Shown here in pieces: positions 11,717 through 24,830 of a stretch of DNA of 64,000 nt (position 1 is the first letter of the stretch; each line of letters opens with the position of its first letter). The position numbers were made by a program, and so were the translations under genes. Origin of the DNA: Octopus bimaculoides (lineage: Eukaryota); the NCBI RefSeq assembly GCF_001194135.2, contig NC_068989.1, positions 58,688,308-58,752,307 of the forward strand, written 5' to 3'. A model generated the notes under the pieces. The model had not been told where the DNA came from. It searched no databases and worked only from the letters and a program-made list of their open reading frames with translations.

Positions 11717-12797
11717 AGACGCACACACAAACATCGTTTGTTATATTCATGTGTTATTATTGTGTAACCCCAGGTTAATCGCGATCTGTTAGATCTACGG
11801 TACCCAGAGAGGTGATAAAGGAATTTGGTGTGTTCCCTACATACAGTGCTCCAGACGCACCATATATCAATGTAGAACCATACTGTGATCTCAGATGTGC
11901 CATGTGTCAATCTGGGAATTTTGCTGTTTTCCTCTATCCAATTACTCCATGTATGTTCTATTAATAATTATAATCGAAGTGGATAAACTTAGGCGTCCAC
12001 AGTTGCTGTCCTTCACAACTCACCAATTGTAGTGTACATTGCAGCACAGCGTTTGGAGTTAATGAATAAGATTATTAATGGCAGTGGTATTTCTCTAGGT
12101 GTCTGTATTTGAGAGCACCTGTCACCTGAAATATTACTTCAGTTAACATTTAATCTATTTAGGTAACCAATCAGCGCAACAGTTAAGAATCACGTGGATT
12201 ACACTGTTGATTCGCTTGCTGCAATACTTTCAGCTTCCTTAATATCTCGAGTGAAATTACAGTATAAATTAATTTAAGAGAATAAAATAACGACAGTGGT
12301 TATAAATGTTGAACTGTTTCAAGGTTGAAGTTAGGGTTAGGATATGAGCTGATGTTAATTAAAGCAGAAACATTTTGGAACTTTTAGAATTTTTGAATTA
12401 AGCATGTCTACATAGTTGTACTAATGTTTCCATGTTAGCAGACCATTTTGTGACAGGCATATCGAGTGATATTTATGAATTTCAGCTTAGAGTTTATAAT
12501 ATAAATGAATTTTTATTTTCTCTGGTCACATTGTTTCATATCACATGATGTGAAATACTTTGCGCTGCATTACGTGTTGTTGGTATCATTGTTGTTTCTT
12601 ACATTAAGATAAAACATTTACAACTTATAACATAGAGATATCACTCGTCAGTTAATATGTTGCAAATGTGCTATCCAATATCCTGATGTAGTTACTCTCC
12701 AAACAAAGCAACAAAACGTTAAGATGATGTATCTGAGGAGGGTTTCTGATGCTAATACGAAGCCTTCTGCCAAAGATAGTGAAGTTGCGAGGTCGGC

Positions 12798-12880
12798 CAA
12801 GCAGACATTTTTTTTTTTTTTTTTTTTTAAGTTTCAGCTTAGAGCTGCGGCCATGCTGATGCACCACCGTGTATTTCTCC
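12798..12880 (-). mobile_element. SINE/LINE-derived 3' tail with poly(A)
   Basis: Minus strand cagcatggccgcagctctaagctgaaactt followed by about 20 A. Confidence 0.7.
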
Positions 12881-15289
12881 ATAATATTCTTTTTTTGCAA
12901 TAAGATTTAGTTTCATGCCTAATCAAAAACAGTCAATATTATTCATTTTAGCGTTTGACCACCTTGAGATCAAATCTAACTATTTTCAGATCATCGTATG
13001 ATGTCTGTGTAATAACACATACTGTTTCAAACTGACTGAAACACATTTGGTGCCTTATTTAAGCATAATCATTGCGAATTTAATGTTTTGGATAAAAAAA
13101 AAATTTGATCATACTATTTTAGGTAAAATTTAAGAAAGATGTGTTGGAAGATATGCAGTGGTAGTGGAAACTTTGAACGGCGATAAAACAAACATTTTCG
13201 ACATCATACATTTAAAAAATTGCATTGTAGGATAGCTTTTTGGCGATCACAATTTCTCCGCTGAATATTTCTAGCATAAGAATTTCAAATATCGTTTTTA
13301 GAATAACAAAACTATAATTCATCTCAAAGATTTTCTGATTAAAAAAAAGTTGTTGGAAGGGTAAAGTATCTTACATGTTTATGTCTAATTGAATCCTTCT
13401 GGGAGTTGTGTACAATTTTAAGAGCTTTTTTTTATCCATGGGAGATTTGTTTTTACAGATAAGAACTTATTTTGGTTAAATGAAATTAAACTGAGATATG
13501 GAAGAAAAATATAGCATAATCAATGACATATGGAGGAAAACCATTGCTATATAAAACTGAAGTGCTGGGAATAAGGTAGGGGTGCATATAGTTACTTTAT
13601 GATATGCCAACTTACACTGGAGGGTATTGTGTGGGTATTATAAATTTGGAAAACAACTAAGTAAATAAAAAAAGACATGCGTAGGTAACATAGCCACACA
13701 GCAATAATAATAGAAAACAGTACATTTAATCGATGTTGAAAAACGTATCTGGAAATAGAGTATAGTATACATTGTTAAAAATAAAAAGTAGTCGTATAAA
13801 TACTTATAGACGAGCAGAAACGTTATGACATTTGTATTGTATCTTATTTATTTTATTTTGTCATTAGACGAGCTTTTGATAAAGTCAGTAGAGTATAAAA
13901 TATATTTTTATAGGTGAACACCATTGGATTTTTGTGTCTATCAAAAATTTAAAAAAATAGTATTCAAAGAAAATAAAGAAAAAGAACTTTGAGAGCAAAG
14001 TCTTACTGTATCATATAATTTCGGATGAGAACATTTTAACCCTTTTCTATTCAAATGTTACTATTCCACGATTAATTTTCGGTTTATTTTCAGAGGAAGT
14101 CAGTCTTTCGTCTTCTTGATCAATTAATTTCTGAAAAGACAATTTAAATACAAGATTTGAAACTTGCCTGAGTCTATCCAGCGGACGTGTACGGGTTATT
14201 AATTCCCAGATGGATCAAACGATACTAAAGCCACTTGACAATCAGTAGTTGAAATCTTTGCAATTCTTTAATCAAGAACTTCTCTTTTCACATTTTCTCT
14301 TTTTTTTTTCTATTTTATTTATGTTAGTTTCACATACACAGTTTATGTTATACTTAAACAGGAGTATAAAGAATACTTCAGTAATTGCCTAGCAGTATTT
14401 TTACCTCTCGATTTTGAGTTCATTTCGTCTTTTATTGTACACGAACTGATAAAATAGTACCAGTAGTGTACAGGAGTAATCTTGACTACCCTTTTCTCGT
14501 TTAAGATATCTGGTCAAATATATCACATTCTTATATTAATAAGGAACTGGAATATTAATGTATTAGTCAAAATTCCTTGGGCGATATTTAGTTTCTGATT
14601 TCAAATTCCATACTTGTCTGTGCCTAAGGTACCGGTAAAGTGAAATGACAAAAATGAAAGCACCGGAACAAATATGGTCGTGTTAGCTTCATCGTTTACT
14701 TCTCCGTGATCAATGAAATAAGTACAAGTCATTGGAGTTTATTCAATATTCTATACTTGTGTCGCACACACTTTGGACTTGAGCCGTAAATTCTTCTCAA
14801 CTAACAACTTCAGTTTGGTATTTATCATTTATCTTTGTATCATTACAACTATATAAGCAACTGATATTGCAATAGATATTAATAGATATTATAATTTGAT
14901 ATAATATGAGGAAAATGCTCCATAGATTAAAAATAAAAAGCCTTCTTTTGGCACTATATGCTATATATTTCTTCATTAGAAGGGAGACACATTCATGAAT
15001 GCAATAGTTTGGTCAACAGAATGAATGCTTCATATGAAATTAAAATGCCTCTAACTATTGTTGGTTCGAGTCGCTGAGTGTTTATACCCCACTCTACGTC
15101 TTCCGCCACACTACAGAGGAATTTAGACATGTATATATATAAAAGAATCAATATAGAATAGGTACAAATTTAATGCATCATTCGCATAGAGAAAATTTGT
15201 CACTACTTCGTCTATCCATACTCACTACTTCGTCTATTCATAATTATTTTACAGTTTTTCATAGAAAAGAATGAACTCAATATGTGATA

Positions 15290-15600
15290 TATTTTATATT
15301 TATTTTATAGCACATTCTTCCAGATTCATGAATATATTGTACAGATCTATAACTTGAGACAACTCATATGGAACAAATTTGTCTTCACCAATCTCTTCTT
15401 CCTCTGAAGTCCTAGACTAATGTATTCATTCCGCGAAAATTTTTTCTTAAAATAATACCTGATATTACTTTTGAAGCGCAAAACCTTATAAGCCTCGCGT
15501 TTTTAGAGATAATATGACAAAGTTGTTTTAATTTCCTGCCAATTCTAATGGCAGTTTAACTTGCAAAGTTCACTTCCTCAGAAGCATCGAAAGTTGTGAT
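15290..15600 (-). mobile_element. Possible Tigger-like transposase C-terminal remnant
   Basis: TSEEEEIGEDKFVPYELSQVIDLYNIFMNLEEC resembles the acidic tail plus helix of Tigger/CENP-B family; weak. Confidence 0.3.
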
Positions 15601-16217
15601 TTCCGTCCTAACAGATGAAATTTTTAGATAATATACCCACACCATTTTAGCACACACACGCGCACACACATGCACGCACACACATACATACACGTGTGCA
15701 CGCTCAGAGAGAAATTCGAATAGGATATATTAGGATATTCACACACGTACAATAATTAGGGACAGGCAGACAGACAGAATGTTTTATGCATATTTTCAGC
15801 CAAATATTCTCACTCTCAGAAATTGAAATGGTTTAGAAACCATCTCATATAAGCTCCTTATTTAGAATGCCATTTATATTTATCAACATGAATTAATGCT
15901 ATCGTGGGTAGATTCAAGAGTTATGTGTGTGCGTGAGTGTGTTATGCATGTATGTATGTATTTATATATATATATGTGTGTGTGTGTCAGTGTATTATGC
16001 ATGTATGTATGTATGTATGCATTTATATATGTATGTGTGTGTGCGTGTGTGTGTATTTATCTCCCTCACTGACTATTCTTCATTCTCGCTCTTGCTACGT
16101 TTTTCTCTTTTTTGGTGATGAAAGACAAACGTTCGAAATTTTCAGTCAATTTCTTTTTGTTATTAAAACGTTAAGCTAATATTGCTGTTTTTATATTTTC
16201 CATTTTATTCACACCAT

Positions 16218-16516
16218 GATGGTGCGTGACGTAGTAGTTTGGGTATTCGGCTCACGGTCGTAAGGTCGTGAATTCAATTTCCGGCGTGAGGTCGTGAGTT
16301 CAATTTCTGGAGTTCAATATCCGTTGCTCTAGTCATTTCGGCTGCCAAAAAGGAGTAGTATCTGTATTTCAAAGGAGCCGGCCGTGTCTATATTCTGTGT
16401 CACGCGGACTTCCCTCCAGAACTACGTTAAGGGTACACGTGTCTGTGGAGTACTCAGGCTCTTCCATTGATCTGATCAACTGGAACCCTCATCGTCGTAA
16501 CCGACGGAGTGCCAGT
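16218..16516 (+). mobile_element. tRNA-derived SINE family C
   Basis: tRNA-like head (B-box-like gaattcaattt, duplicated), body gaactacgttaagggtacacgtgtctgtggagt, tail ggaaccctcatcgtcgtaaccgacggagtgcca. Confidence 0.88.
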
Positions 16517-16579
16517 AAAAAAAAACACCATATTCGTAGGGTATATCTATCTATCTATCTATCTATCTATCTGTGTATT

Positions 16580-16790
16580 GCAGAATCGTTAGAGCATCAG
16601 ATAAAATGCCTTGCAGTATTTCTTCAGACACTTTAACATTCTGAGTAAAGATCCGGACAAGGTCAGCTTTGTCATTCATCATTCATCCTTCCGGGGTCGA
16701 TGAAATAAAGCGCCAGTCAGGTATAACTGTTGCAATGCTTCGACTAACCCCTCTCCTGAATTTCAAGCTTTGTGCCTATATTTCAGATTA
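16580..16790 (+). mobile_element. SINE family A copy
   Basis: gcagaatcgttag head, catccttccggggtcgat core, ctttgtgcctata tail. Confidence 0.8.
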
Positions 16791-16888
16791 ATATTATCTC
16801 TTTTTTTTTTTAATAAACTACTAATACGAATTATACATATACTGATATTCATATATAAATTATGGCAGATATGACGAGGATAATACAC

Positions 16889-16927
<39 letters not shown>

Positions 16928-17162
16928 AGAAAAACAGTTATGTGCAACCGCGAAACCAACGACTCATCAACTCAAGTTATTATTGAATCTATATTCCATT
17001 GACTGTAAATAGAAATCTGTAGTATTCTCGGAAATCACCGCCATAGTGTCATTTATAAACATCATAACAAATATTGCTTTCATTAATGGAATTTGTGATC
17101 CGGTTGTGATTGCTGATTCGACCAACTTCGCTTTTGGTTGCGCTCTTAATATATTTTAAGGC

Positions 17163-17910
17163 GAAGGCGGCGAGCTGGTAGAAACGTTAACACGCCGGGC
17201 GAAATGCTTAGCGGTATTTCGTCTGCCACTGCGTTCTGAGTTCAAATTCCGCCGAGGTCGGCTTTACCTTTTATCCTTTCGGGGTCGATAAATTAAGTAC
17301 CAGTTACGCACTGGGGTCGATATAATCAACTTAATTCGTTTGTCTGTCCTTGTTTGTCCCGTCTGTGTGTAGCCCCTTGTGGACAGTAAAGAAATAGGTA
17401 TTTCGGCTGACGGTACGTTCTGAGTTCAAATTCCGCCGAGGTCGGCTTTACCTTTTATCCTTTCGGGGTCGATAAATTAAGTACCAGTTACGCACTGGTG
17501 TCGATGTAATCGACTTAATCCCTTTGTCTGTCTTTGTTTGTCCACTCTATGTTTAGCCCCTTGTGGGCAATAAAGAAATAGGAAACGTTAGTATGCCGGT
17601 ATTTCGCCTGATTTTACGTTCTGGTTTCAAATTCCACTGAGGTCAACTTTGTTTTTTAACCTTTCGGGGTTGATAAATTAAGTACCAGTTGCGTACTGAG
17701 GTCGATCTAATCGATTGGGCCTCTTCCCCAAAACATTTTGGGCTTTGTGCCTAGAGTAGAAAAGAAAAGAATATATTTTAAGGCGGTGAACTGGCAGAAT
17801 CGTTAGCCCGCCAGGTAAAATGCTTAGCGGCATTTCTTCCCTCTCCATGTCGAGGTCGACTTTGCCTTTCATCCTTTCGAGGTCGATAAAATAAATGCCA
17901 GGATGAGTAC
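17163..17910 (+). mobile_element. Head-to-tail array of four SINE family A-related units (~185-200 bp period)
   Basis: Repeated ggtatttcg..ttctgagttcaaattccgccgaggtc..cctttcggggtcgataaattaagtaccagtt units. Confidence 0.9.
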
Positions 17911-18362
17911 AACGAGGATGACTTGCTGTGTGACACTGCATGAAAATGACAGAAACCATTAGCATCTAACAATCTAGTATCTCTTTATATCATAAGTTGA
18001 AGTAACTGCCTCATCATTTTTCTAGTTTAATATATTTCTTATTTGCTTCAAGTTAAGATCAGTTCATAAATTATACACCTTAATTATCTATTAAACTTAA
18101 TTGTATGATTGCTATAATATTTCTTTAATACGCAATTTTTTGCAGATGGTGAGAATGAAGTCTTCTAACTACATATACTCAGAATTGCACAGTTAATTAG
18201 TATTGCAGACCTTTAAATTAGGGTACATTTTCCCTATCTACATGAACTCTGCAATATATATAATTAGAAGTTGCCTTATATTTGTGTATTAATATAAAAA
18301 CCTTTTTAACAGTTCTAAAAACTGTTAAAGACACTTTATTGTAGCTAAAGATATCGAGATGT

Positions 18363-18742
18363 GGAGGCGCGATGGCCCAGTGGTTAGGGCAGCGGACTCG
18401 CGGTCATAGGATCGCGGTTTCGATTCCCAGACGGGGCGTTGTGAGTGTTTATTGAGCGAAAACACCTAAAAGCTCCACGAGGCTCCGGCAAGGGATGGTG
18501 GCGAACCCTGCTGTACTCTTTCACCGCAACTTTCACTCACTCTTACTTCCTGTTTCTGTTGTGCCTGTAATTCAAAGGGTCAGCCTTGTCACACTGTGTC
18601 ACGCTGAATCTCCCCGATAACTACGTTAAGAGTACACGTGTCTGTGGAGTGCTCAGCCACTTGCACGTTAATTTCACGAGCAGGATGTTCCGTTGATTCG
18701 ATCAACAGGAACCCTCGACGTCGTAAGGGACGGAGTGCCAAC
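18363..18742 (+). mobile_element. Full-length tRNA-derived SINE (family C tail) with 15-bp target-site duplication
   Basis: Head ggaggcgcgatggcccagtggttagggcagcggactcgcgg..gtttcgattccc; perfect TSD aagatatcgagatgt at 18348-18362 and 18743-18757. Confidence 0.95.
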
Positions 18743-19149
18743 AAGATATCGAGATGTAATACAATATTTGGAGTTAGCAAGTGATTGAGTAAAGATTTGA
18801 TTTTTCAATAAACGTTCCCTACGCATCTGGTTTGAAATAGTTTTTTGCAAACATTCCTATATTTTTCGTACAGTCACTTGTGTTATCGTTTTCTTTGAGA
18901 GGTCCATACAGTATGGATTACCTTCTTCAGCATAGTTTGCCGGATCCGTACTTAAGATATTCTCGTGTTTTGAGTTCAAATTCGGTCGAGATTAATTGTT
19001 CTTACCATCATTCTATTGTCGATGAAATACATGACATTTGAAAATTGACCGATAATATTTCAATAATGCATCCCTCATTTGACTTAACTTATGATAAAAA
19101 TTCAAAAAGAACTATTTCAAATATTAATAGCATATTCTATATTACTGGT

Positions 19150-19350
19150 TTCAAATTTTTGGCACAAGGCCACTAATTTAGGGGTATGGGGTAAGTCAGT
19201 TACATTGACGCCGATATTCAAGTGGTACTTATTTTATGGACGAAGGGATGACAAGCAAGGTCGACCTAGGTGGTATTTGAACTCAGTATGTGAAGACGGG
19301 CGAAACGTCGCAAAGCATTTTGCTCGGTATGCTAACGATTCTACTAGCTT
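19150..19350 (-). mobile_element. SINE family A copy
   Basis: Reverse complement of family A head, core and tail. Confidence 0.85.
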
Positions 19351-19536
19351 GCCGCGTTACCAAATATATTATTGGCATTTGATTTTTATATTTTTGATAT
19401 TTATAGAAAAAATATTGAAGTCATGTGATTGATGTGTCAGAAATACAAGATGAGTGCTTAATTTTCAGAATAAGTACGAGATTTACGATGAAGACCAACA
19501 CAACGAAGGCAGTGCGGCAATATAGTGGATATAGGT

Positions 19537-19755
19537 AAGGCGGGGAGTTGGCAGAATCGTTAGCACGCCGGGCAAAATGCTTAGCGGTATCTCACTCGTC
19601 TTTACGTTCTGAGTTCAAATACCACTGAGGTCGAGTTTGCCTTACATTCTTTCGAGGTTGATAAAATAAGTACCAGTTGAGCACTAGGGTCAATGTAATC
19701 AATTTAACTCCTCCCTCTCCCCGAAATTTCTAGCTTTGTGCCAAAATTTGAAACC
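19537..19755 (+). mobile_element. SINE family A copy
   Basis: aggcggggagttggcagaatcgttagcacgccgggcaaaatgcttagcgg..ctttgtgccaaaatttgaaacc. Confidence 0.9.
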
Positions 19756-20284
19756 AATATACTGGACAGCACTGCGTTATACCTATTATACTCGTGGAAT
19801 TTATGTTTTCTTATACACGCCTACAAGAATTCAGCGTCTCTTTGAAGACATGTGGCATTGTAAATGTGACGTTGCATTTCAGGAAAATGCTCCTGTCAAG
19901 TTTTCTCTATATTTCCCCTAGCAAATTATCTCTGAAATGCGAGAACATCATGGGACCAAAATATAGTAAAATTCATTAGTAGAGGAATTCAAATTGATAA
20001 TTTACAACTATTGCGAAGCTGGCAAATAAGCTGCTGGAGAGAAAGTGATCAGATGGAATTACCAATCTGAACGTTTTAGTTGTCATTTATAAAATGCATT
20101 ATGCTACACTTCCGCAATTAAATTCACTGAATTTCCGTTAAAACGCACACAATAAAACGAGATCTGCCAATAAATTCTAATATATTTCCTGTGTGAATAA
20201 ACAAATGAGTTAATTTAGTCTTCCTCTCATTTATTTCTCTTGCCTTCTGATACAACTTACATGTGTGTTCAAACATACATACAT

Positions 20285-20287
<3 letters not shown>

Positions 20288-20361
<74 letters not shown>

Positions 20362-20510
20362 AATATATATGTATATATATATATATGTATAGGTACATAC
20401 ACACACATATACTTATGTGTGTGTATGTGCGCATGTGTATGCGTGTGGGTATGTGTGTGTGTGTGCGAATGTATGTATATATGTGTATGTATTGTGTGTG
20501 TTGTGCATGT
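20288..20510. repeat. (TA)n followed by compound (TG/CA)n microsatellite
   Basis: Direct reading. Confidence 0.95.
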
Positions 20511-23289
20511 ATCATTTTGAGTTGACTGAGACTTGTTCCAAGAACTTGGATTAACAAGCAGATAAGGCGAAACTTGAAGTCCAAGTCAACTCAGAATGAT
20601 TTATATATTTGACTCTACCAGATATATCGAATCCCCAGCATTATTGGTAACATTAGAACCTTTTTTACCCTAAGGCGGTGCCTCTGCATTACTGCAGTCC
20701 AAAGGCTGAACCAAGTAATTAAATAATACACACACGCACACACGCCCACGCACCTAACGCACTTGCATACAGAAACGCACATGCACACACACACACACAC
20801 ATCCATGATGTTTGTATATCAACCACGTTTAAATTAACTAATATCAGAATGGAGTGATAGAGTGTAATAATTACCCAGTTAATAATTGTTACATATCTTA
20901 GTGAATATTTCTTTGCTTAAATCAAATGATAAATTACTGAAATAAAATGTTATTTCGGAACAAACTAAATCTCTTGACCTCCTGTTATAAAATTTTGACT
21001 TCTGTTTTCACAAGTAATATTTATTTAAAAATAATTTGGGGAAATGAATTTGCCGTGAGGAAACAGTTGCCTACAACTGCCCACTGGATTTTGAATCCAA
21101 TCGCGCTGTTTTGTGGTAGATTTAGTTAGCATCGTTAATTTGACGTGGATATGGTGTAATGAAAATAGCTACAAGATCTCCAGAAAGTGTTGCCAGGACA
21201 AAGATTTAACCCGAAGTAGTTCCTTAGGATTTCGAAGGTATTTACAAGTATTTATTATTAGCTTGCTCAGTGTTTTTAATCTTGCATTTCCTTGTCCCTA
21301 ATCAAGTTAAAATCTCTATGAATACAATTGAGCCTGACGCAAATAAAATCACAAAGAAAGATTCTTGCAAATTTAGGTCAAAGTGGGGTTTCATTGTAAG
21401 ATGAGGACACTTAGGTAAAAGATTTAATAAAATCTATAAAACTGCTCTGAATTTGTTTTTTTAAAATATGGAAAACAAAAACACAATTTCGAAGACAAAG
21501 AGAATCTTTAAGGCCCCACTAGATACAATGACACAGATTAAATTTTATTGTATATTTAATTCCGATGGAAATTTCTGTACAATTCCTAATGCTGTAGTTT
21601 CCCTGAACATTTTTACAACTACTTTCATCTGTCTACTATTCGTTACGTAATTATTTATGTCACTCTCTTTTCTTGATTTTATGCATGTTTATACAGAGGA
21701 AGAGATTATTGTACACTGCGGTGTGCCTCTTTGTCTGAGCTCGTTACTGATTGGATCTAAAAACTAAATGACGGATGTGGATGTTTATACACAAATTCAC
21801 GTAACTAATCTTCAGGAGACAAACACCCCAAACCTTACAATCTTTTAAAGGCAAACTGACTCTCATCTCGGACTATTTTGTTTATTTTATGCGGAAAATG
21901 AGCTTCCAAAAAGAAATACAAATATAATCATCATTCAGCTTTGGTCGGCATTCTTTCTCTAGTGTTTGTGTGGGAGGAGATGTTTCAGTTATCATTTAGT
22001 TACTTTCACAAGTGTCACTTTAATTATCATTCGGCTACTTAGATGAGTGTGAAGAAGATTTGTGGAACAAGAGGTAATAGGAATTGATGGCGTTTAGTGG
22101 GCAATGAAATGAAGACGGATGTGTCAAAAAGAAATTAATAATAATAAGTTATATAATTAAATTTTAAAATTATCCGTGAAAATGATATAGATATCAATGA
22201 TTATATTTCACTATAGATATTTAATGAGATCTCCCAAGATGATGCGGTTAGACTCACACTTAAAATTATTTAACGTAAAATTAAACAACGATGATATAGT
22301 AATCGTACTATTGATGTATCGAATTATTCACACGTAATAGTAATTGATATTTACTAAATGCCATATCGTACGTTGAAAACATAAAGCGTTGAGTTTCAAA
22401 TGTTATCGGAAGTTTATTTCAGCCCACATCTGGTTGTAGATACGCGCGGACGTAACAGAGATCATTATCTAAAAAAATAACTTAAATATTTACAGGTTCG
22501 AGTCATGCTTTTTGTTCATTATTTTACAAGTTTAAGACTTCAAAATGTGAAATGCATGTCAAATAAGTCTAAATGGAGAAAATATAGCTGTGTCGATATT
22601 TTTACTGTAAATGTTTAAAGACCTATCTCACTTTCATTTAGTTTGGATTTTTGCTGAAGAATTTCTGTGGATGCATACCATTTCGTTCCTTGATCAACAA
22701 AAACGTGGTTTCTTGTCACTCATCAGTTTGTACGCGAGATTTGCAATAGTTTCTCTTAATTTGTAAAATTGTTTCTCCCAGTTGTCTTTTTAGAAAAAAC
22801 TTCATAATTTTTATTTTGTGGCTTTGCTAATTTTCCGTTTCAGAGGAAATTCGAAGCCACATATAACTTTATATAGTTATAGTATAACTTTGCATCTACA
22901 TTTGGTTTAATGATAAAATGTAACAATTCTAAAGAACTACCCCAAGTGTTTGACGTTTCCTTAACTATTTTGTTCATAAAAAAAAATTCTGGTTCTTAAA
23001 TAATTCAAAACAACACCACTTTCTACAGAAAATAAATTACACACAGATTAATAAATTAATGGTGATTCAATAATATTACAAAAAACAAATAAACAAACTA
23101 TCTATAATTTCATTTATGTTGTTTAGTCTTGAAAGAAAAAAAAAACATTGGATTCCATTTATAATAAATACTGGAAGTGTATCAAAAAGGATGTGTTGAA
23201 TACTGTAAACTGTAATTTTATATGAATTTAAACATGCCGCTGCTTTTGCAATCTAGAAAAATAAATGAAACTCCTGCAAGTTTTAGGTA

Positions 23290-23586
23290 TTATCATGAAT
23301 TCTCCTGACAGAGTCGACAGATGGGGTTCCAGAATTTTTAGCTGAGCAGTCTGCACAGATGATATGTTTACAGCGATCAAGTCTTGTGATATACATTAGC
23401 TCACTTCCGCTATCAAATAGACATTGTCTATGAAGATGCTCAGTGTTCCACACGTCAGGTGTCGAAGTAATCGCAGAGGAACGTGAGATGAAGCTTTTAC
23501 TCAAGAACACAACGTACTGCCCGGGTTAGGAGTCGAAACCACGATCGCGAGTACAACATTCTAAACACTAGGCCACGCGGCCTTCG
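23290..23586 (-). mobile_element. tRNA-derived SINE (family C-type head, distinct body)
   Basis: Minus gaaggccgcgtggcctagtg..gtttcgactcc head, gttgtgttcttgag..tcacgtt block, ggaacccc tail. Confidence 0.75.
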
Positions 23587-24629
23587 TGGGCTATATACTC
23601 TTGATATTATACTTTCTGCACGTTAAGCATTCCTTAATTCTCACATAATTTGTATAGTGTATCGATTCAGGAGATCAGACTATAAACTTTAATTCAAAGA
23701 GCAGTTCCAGTTAGCAATAGTTCGGCTAGAATACTGTAGTTATTTCTTAGAAACACTTATTCTTCGTTTATTTAAAAATTACTAGGCATTGCACTTTGGA
23801 AATATATCTGACTTTGCTTTAAAGTGGTTAATGAAATATCGTTGGAACTCAGTCATTTGATTCCTTAAACTTCACTTGCACTATATTGTAAATCAACCAT
23901 CAATATAGTTTTCGCCCTTCACAGCACCGCAAATTTTCAGGAATTGCTCATAGATTACTGTTGCAGTAACTTATACAAGTTACCAATTAGTACACGTACA
24001 TATTTTCAGTGTTAAATGTTACTTATACTTCTAATTTGAAAAGAACATTAAATAACAAAAGAACATGGTGGTGCTTCAGTATGGCCTAACTCCAATGGCT
24101 GAAACTTGTAAAAGACTAAAAGGATATTTGTTTCAGATATTTTGTGTATGTGTCTGTTATGTAGAAATATACAGAAAATTGAGGCATATTTATTTCAGAT
24201 AGAGAATTATAAACATTCATGTTCCACAGTTATCTAATGTAATAATATCATTGAGATACATAATTAGATTTTTAAAATTTCTAATCAGACTAGGTGTGCG
24301 TGTGTATGTATGAGTAAACTTATATCCCTAATTCACCGGTGTAATGCTGATACTTAACTGGTGTTTATTTCAAGAGACGTCAGTAGGAATGTCTGTGATC
24401 AAAGACGAAAATGTATAATTATTAATTACTTTGTTGTAGAAATTATTTCTTTTTATCTTTTAGTCTGGAGGGAAGGCTGTGCCCATGACTCTTTCCAGGG
24501 CCTTCGAGAATGCTGGGTAGGAGGTAGCTAAGTATCCTCAAACCGTAAAACCTGGATCGAATGCTAGCAATAAAATGGATTCCGCTAAAGGTACCAAAGG
24601 TTCCATGTTGGTGGTGTTAAACTGGGAGT

Positions 24630-24830
24630 CAGTGGGATTTGAAGTTATGACGCATAGAGCGGAAAAATACCACAAGGCATTTGGTCCAATGTTCTTAGTA
24701 CCTTCAGTCCATCAACTTGGATTCGCACTCCATTATCGACCCGAAAAGATGAATGGCAAGGATAACTTCCGCAGGACTTGAACTTAGAGCGCAGTAAGTC
24801 GAAACAAATACCACCTTATTTGTCGAAACA
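24630..24830 (-). mobile_element. Two decayed SINE family A fragments
   Basis: aataccacaaggcatttggtcc and atcgacccgaaaagatgaatggcaag motifs. Confidence 0.65.

Noticed and set aside
16105-16155. GUGAUGA..GAAA motif in a pLTR-like pyrimidine-rich context
   Set aside because: Core C3 missing, no stem III or cleavage triplet; too decayed to support
17163-17910. CRISPR-like or satellite array
   Set aside because: Units are ~190-bp SINE-derived sequences without unique spacers; eukaryotic context
18363-18440. Possible tRNA-Arg gene
   Set aside because: The acceptor stem does not close and the sequence continues into a SINE body bounded by a TSD
20124-20584. ORFs rich in YI, CV, TH or ER dipeptides here and across the window, including those spanning N runs
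   Set aside because: Translations of (TA)n, (TG)n, (CA)n, (GA)n microsatellites and assembly gaps; no coding signal
24463-24520. GC-richer segment after a ttttag acceptor (SGGKAVPMTLSRAFENAG*)
   Set aside because: Weak donor, early stop, adjacent to SINE debris; no support as an exon
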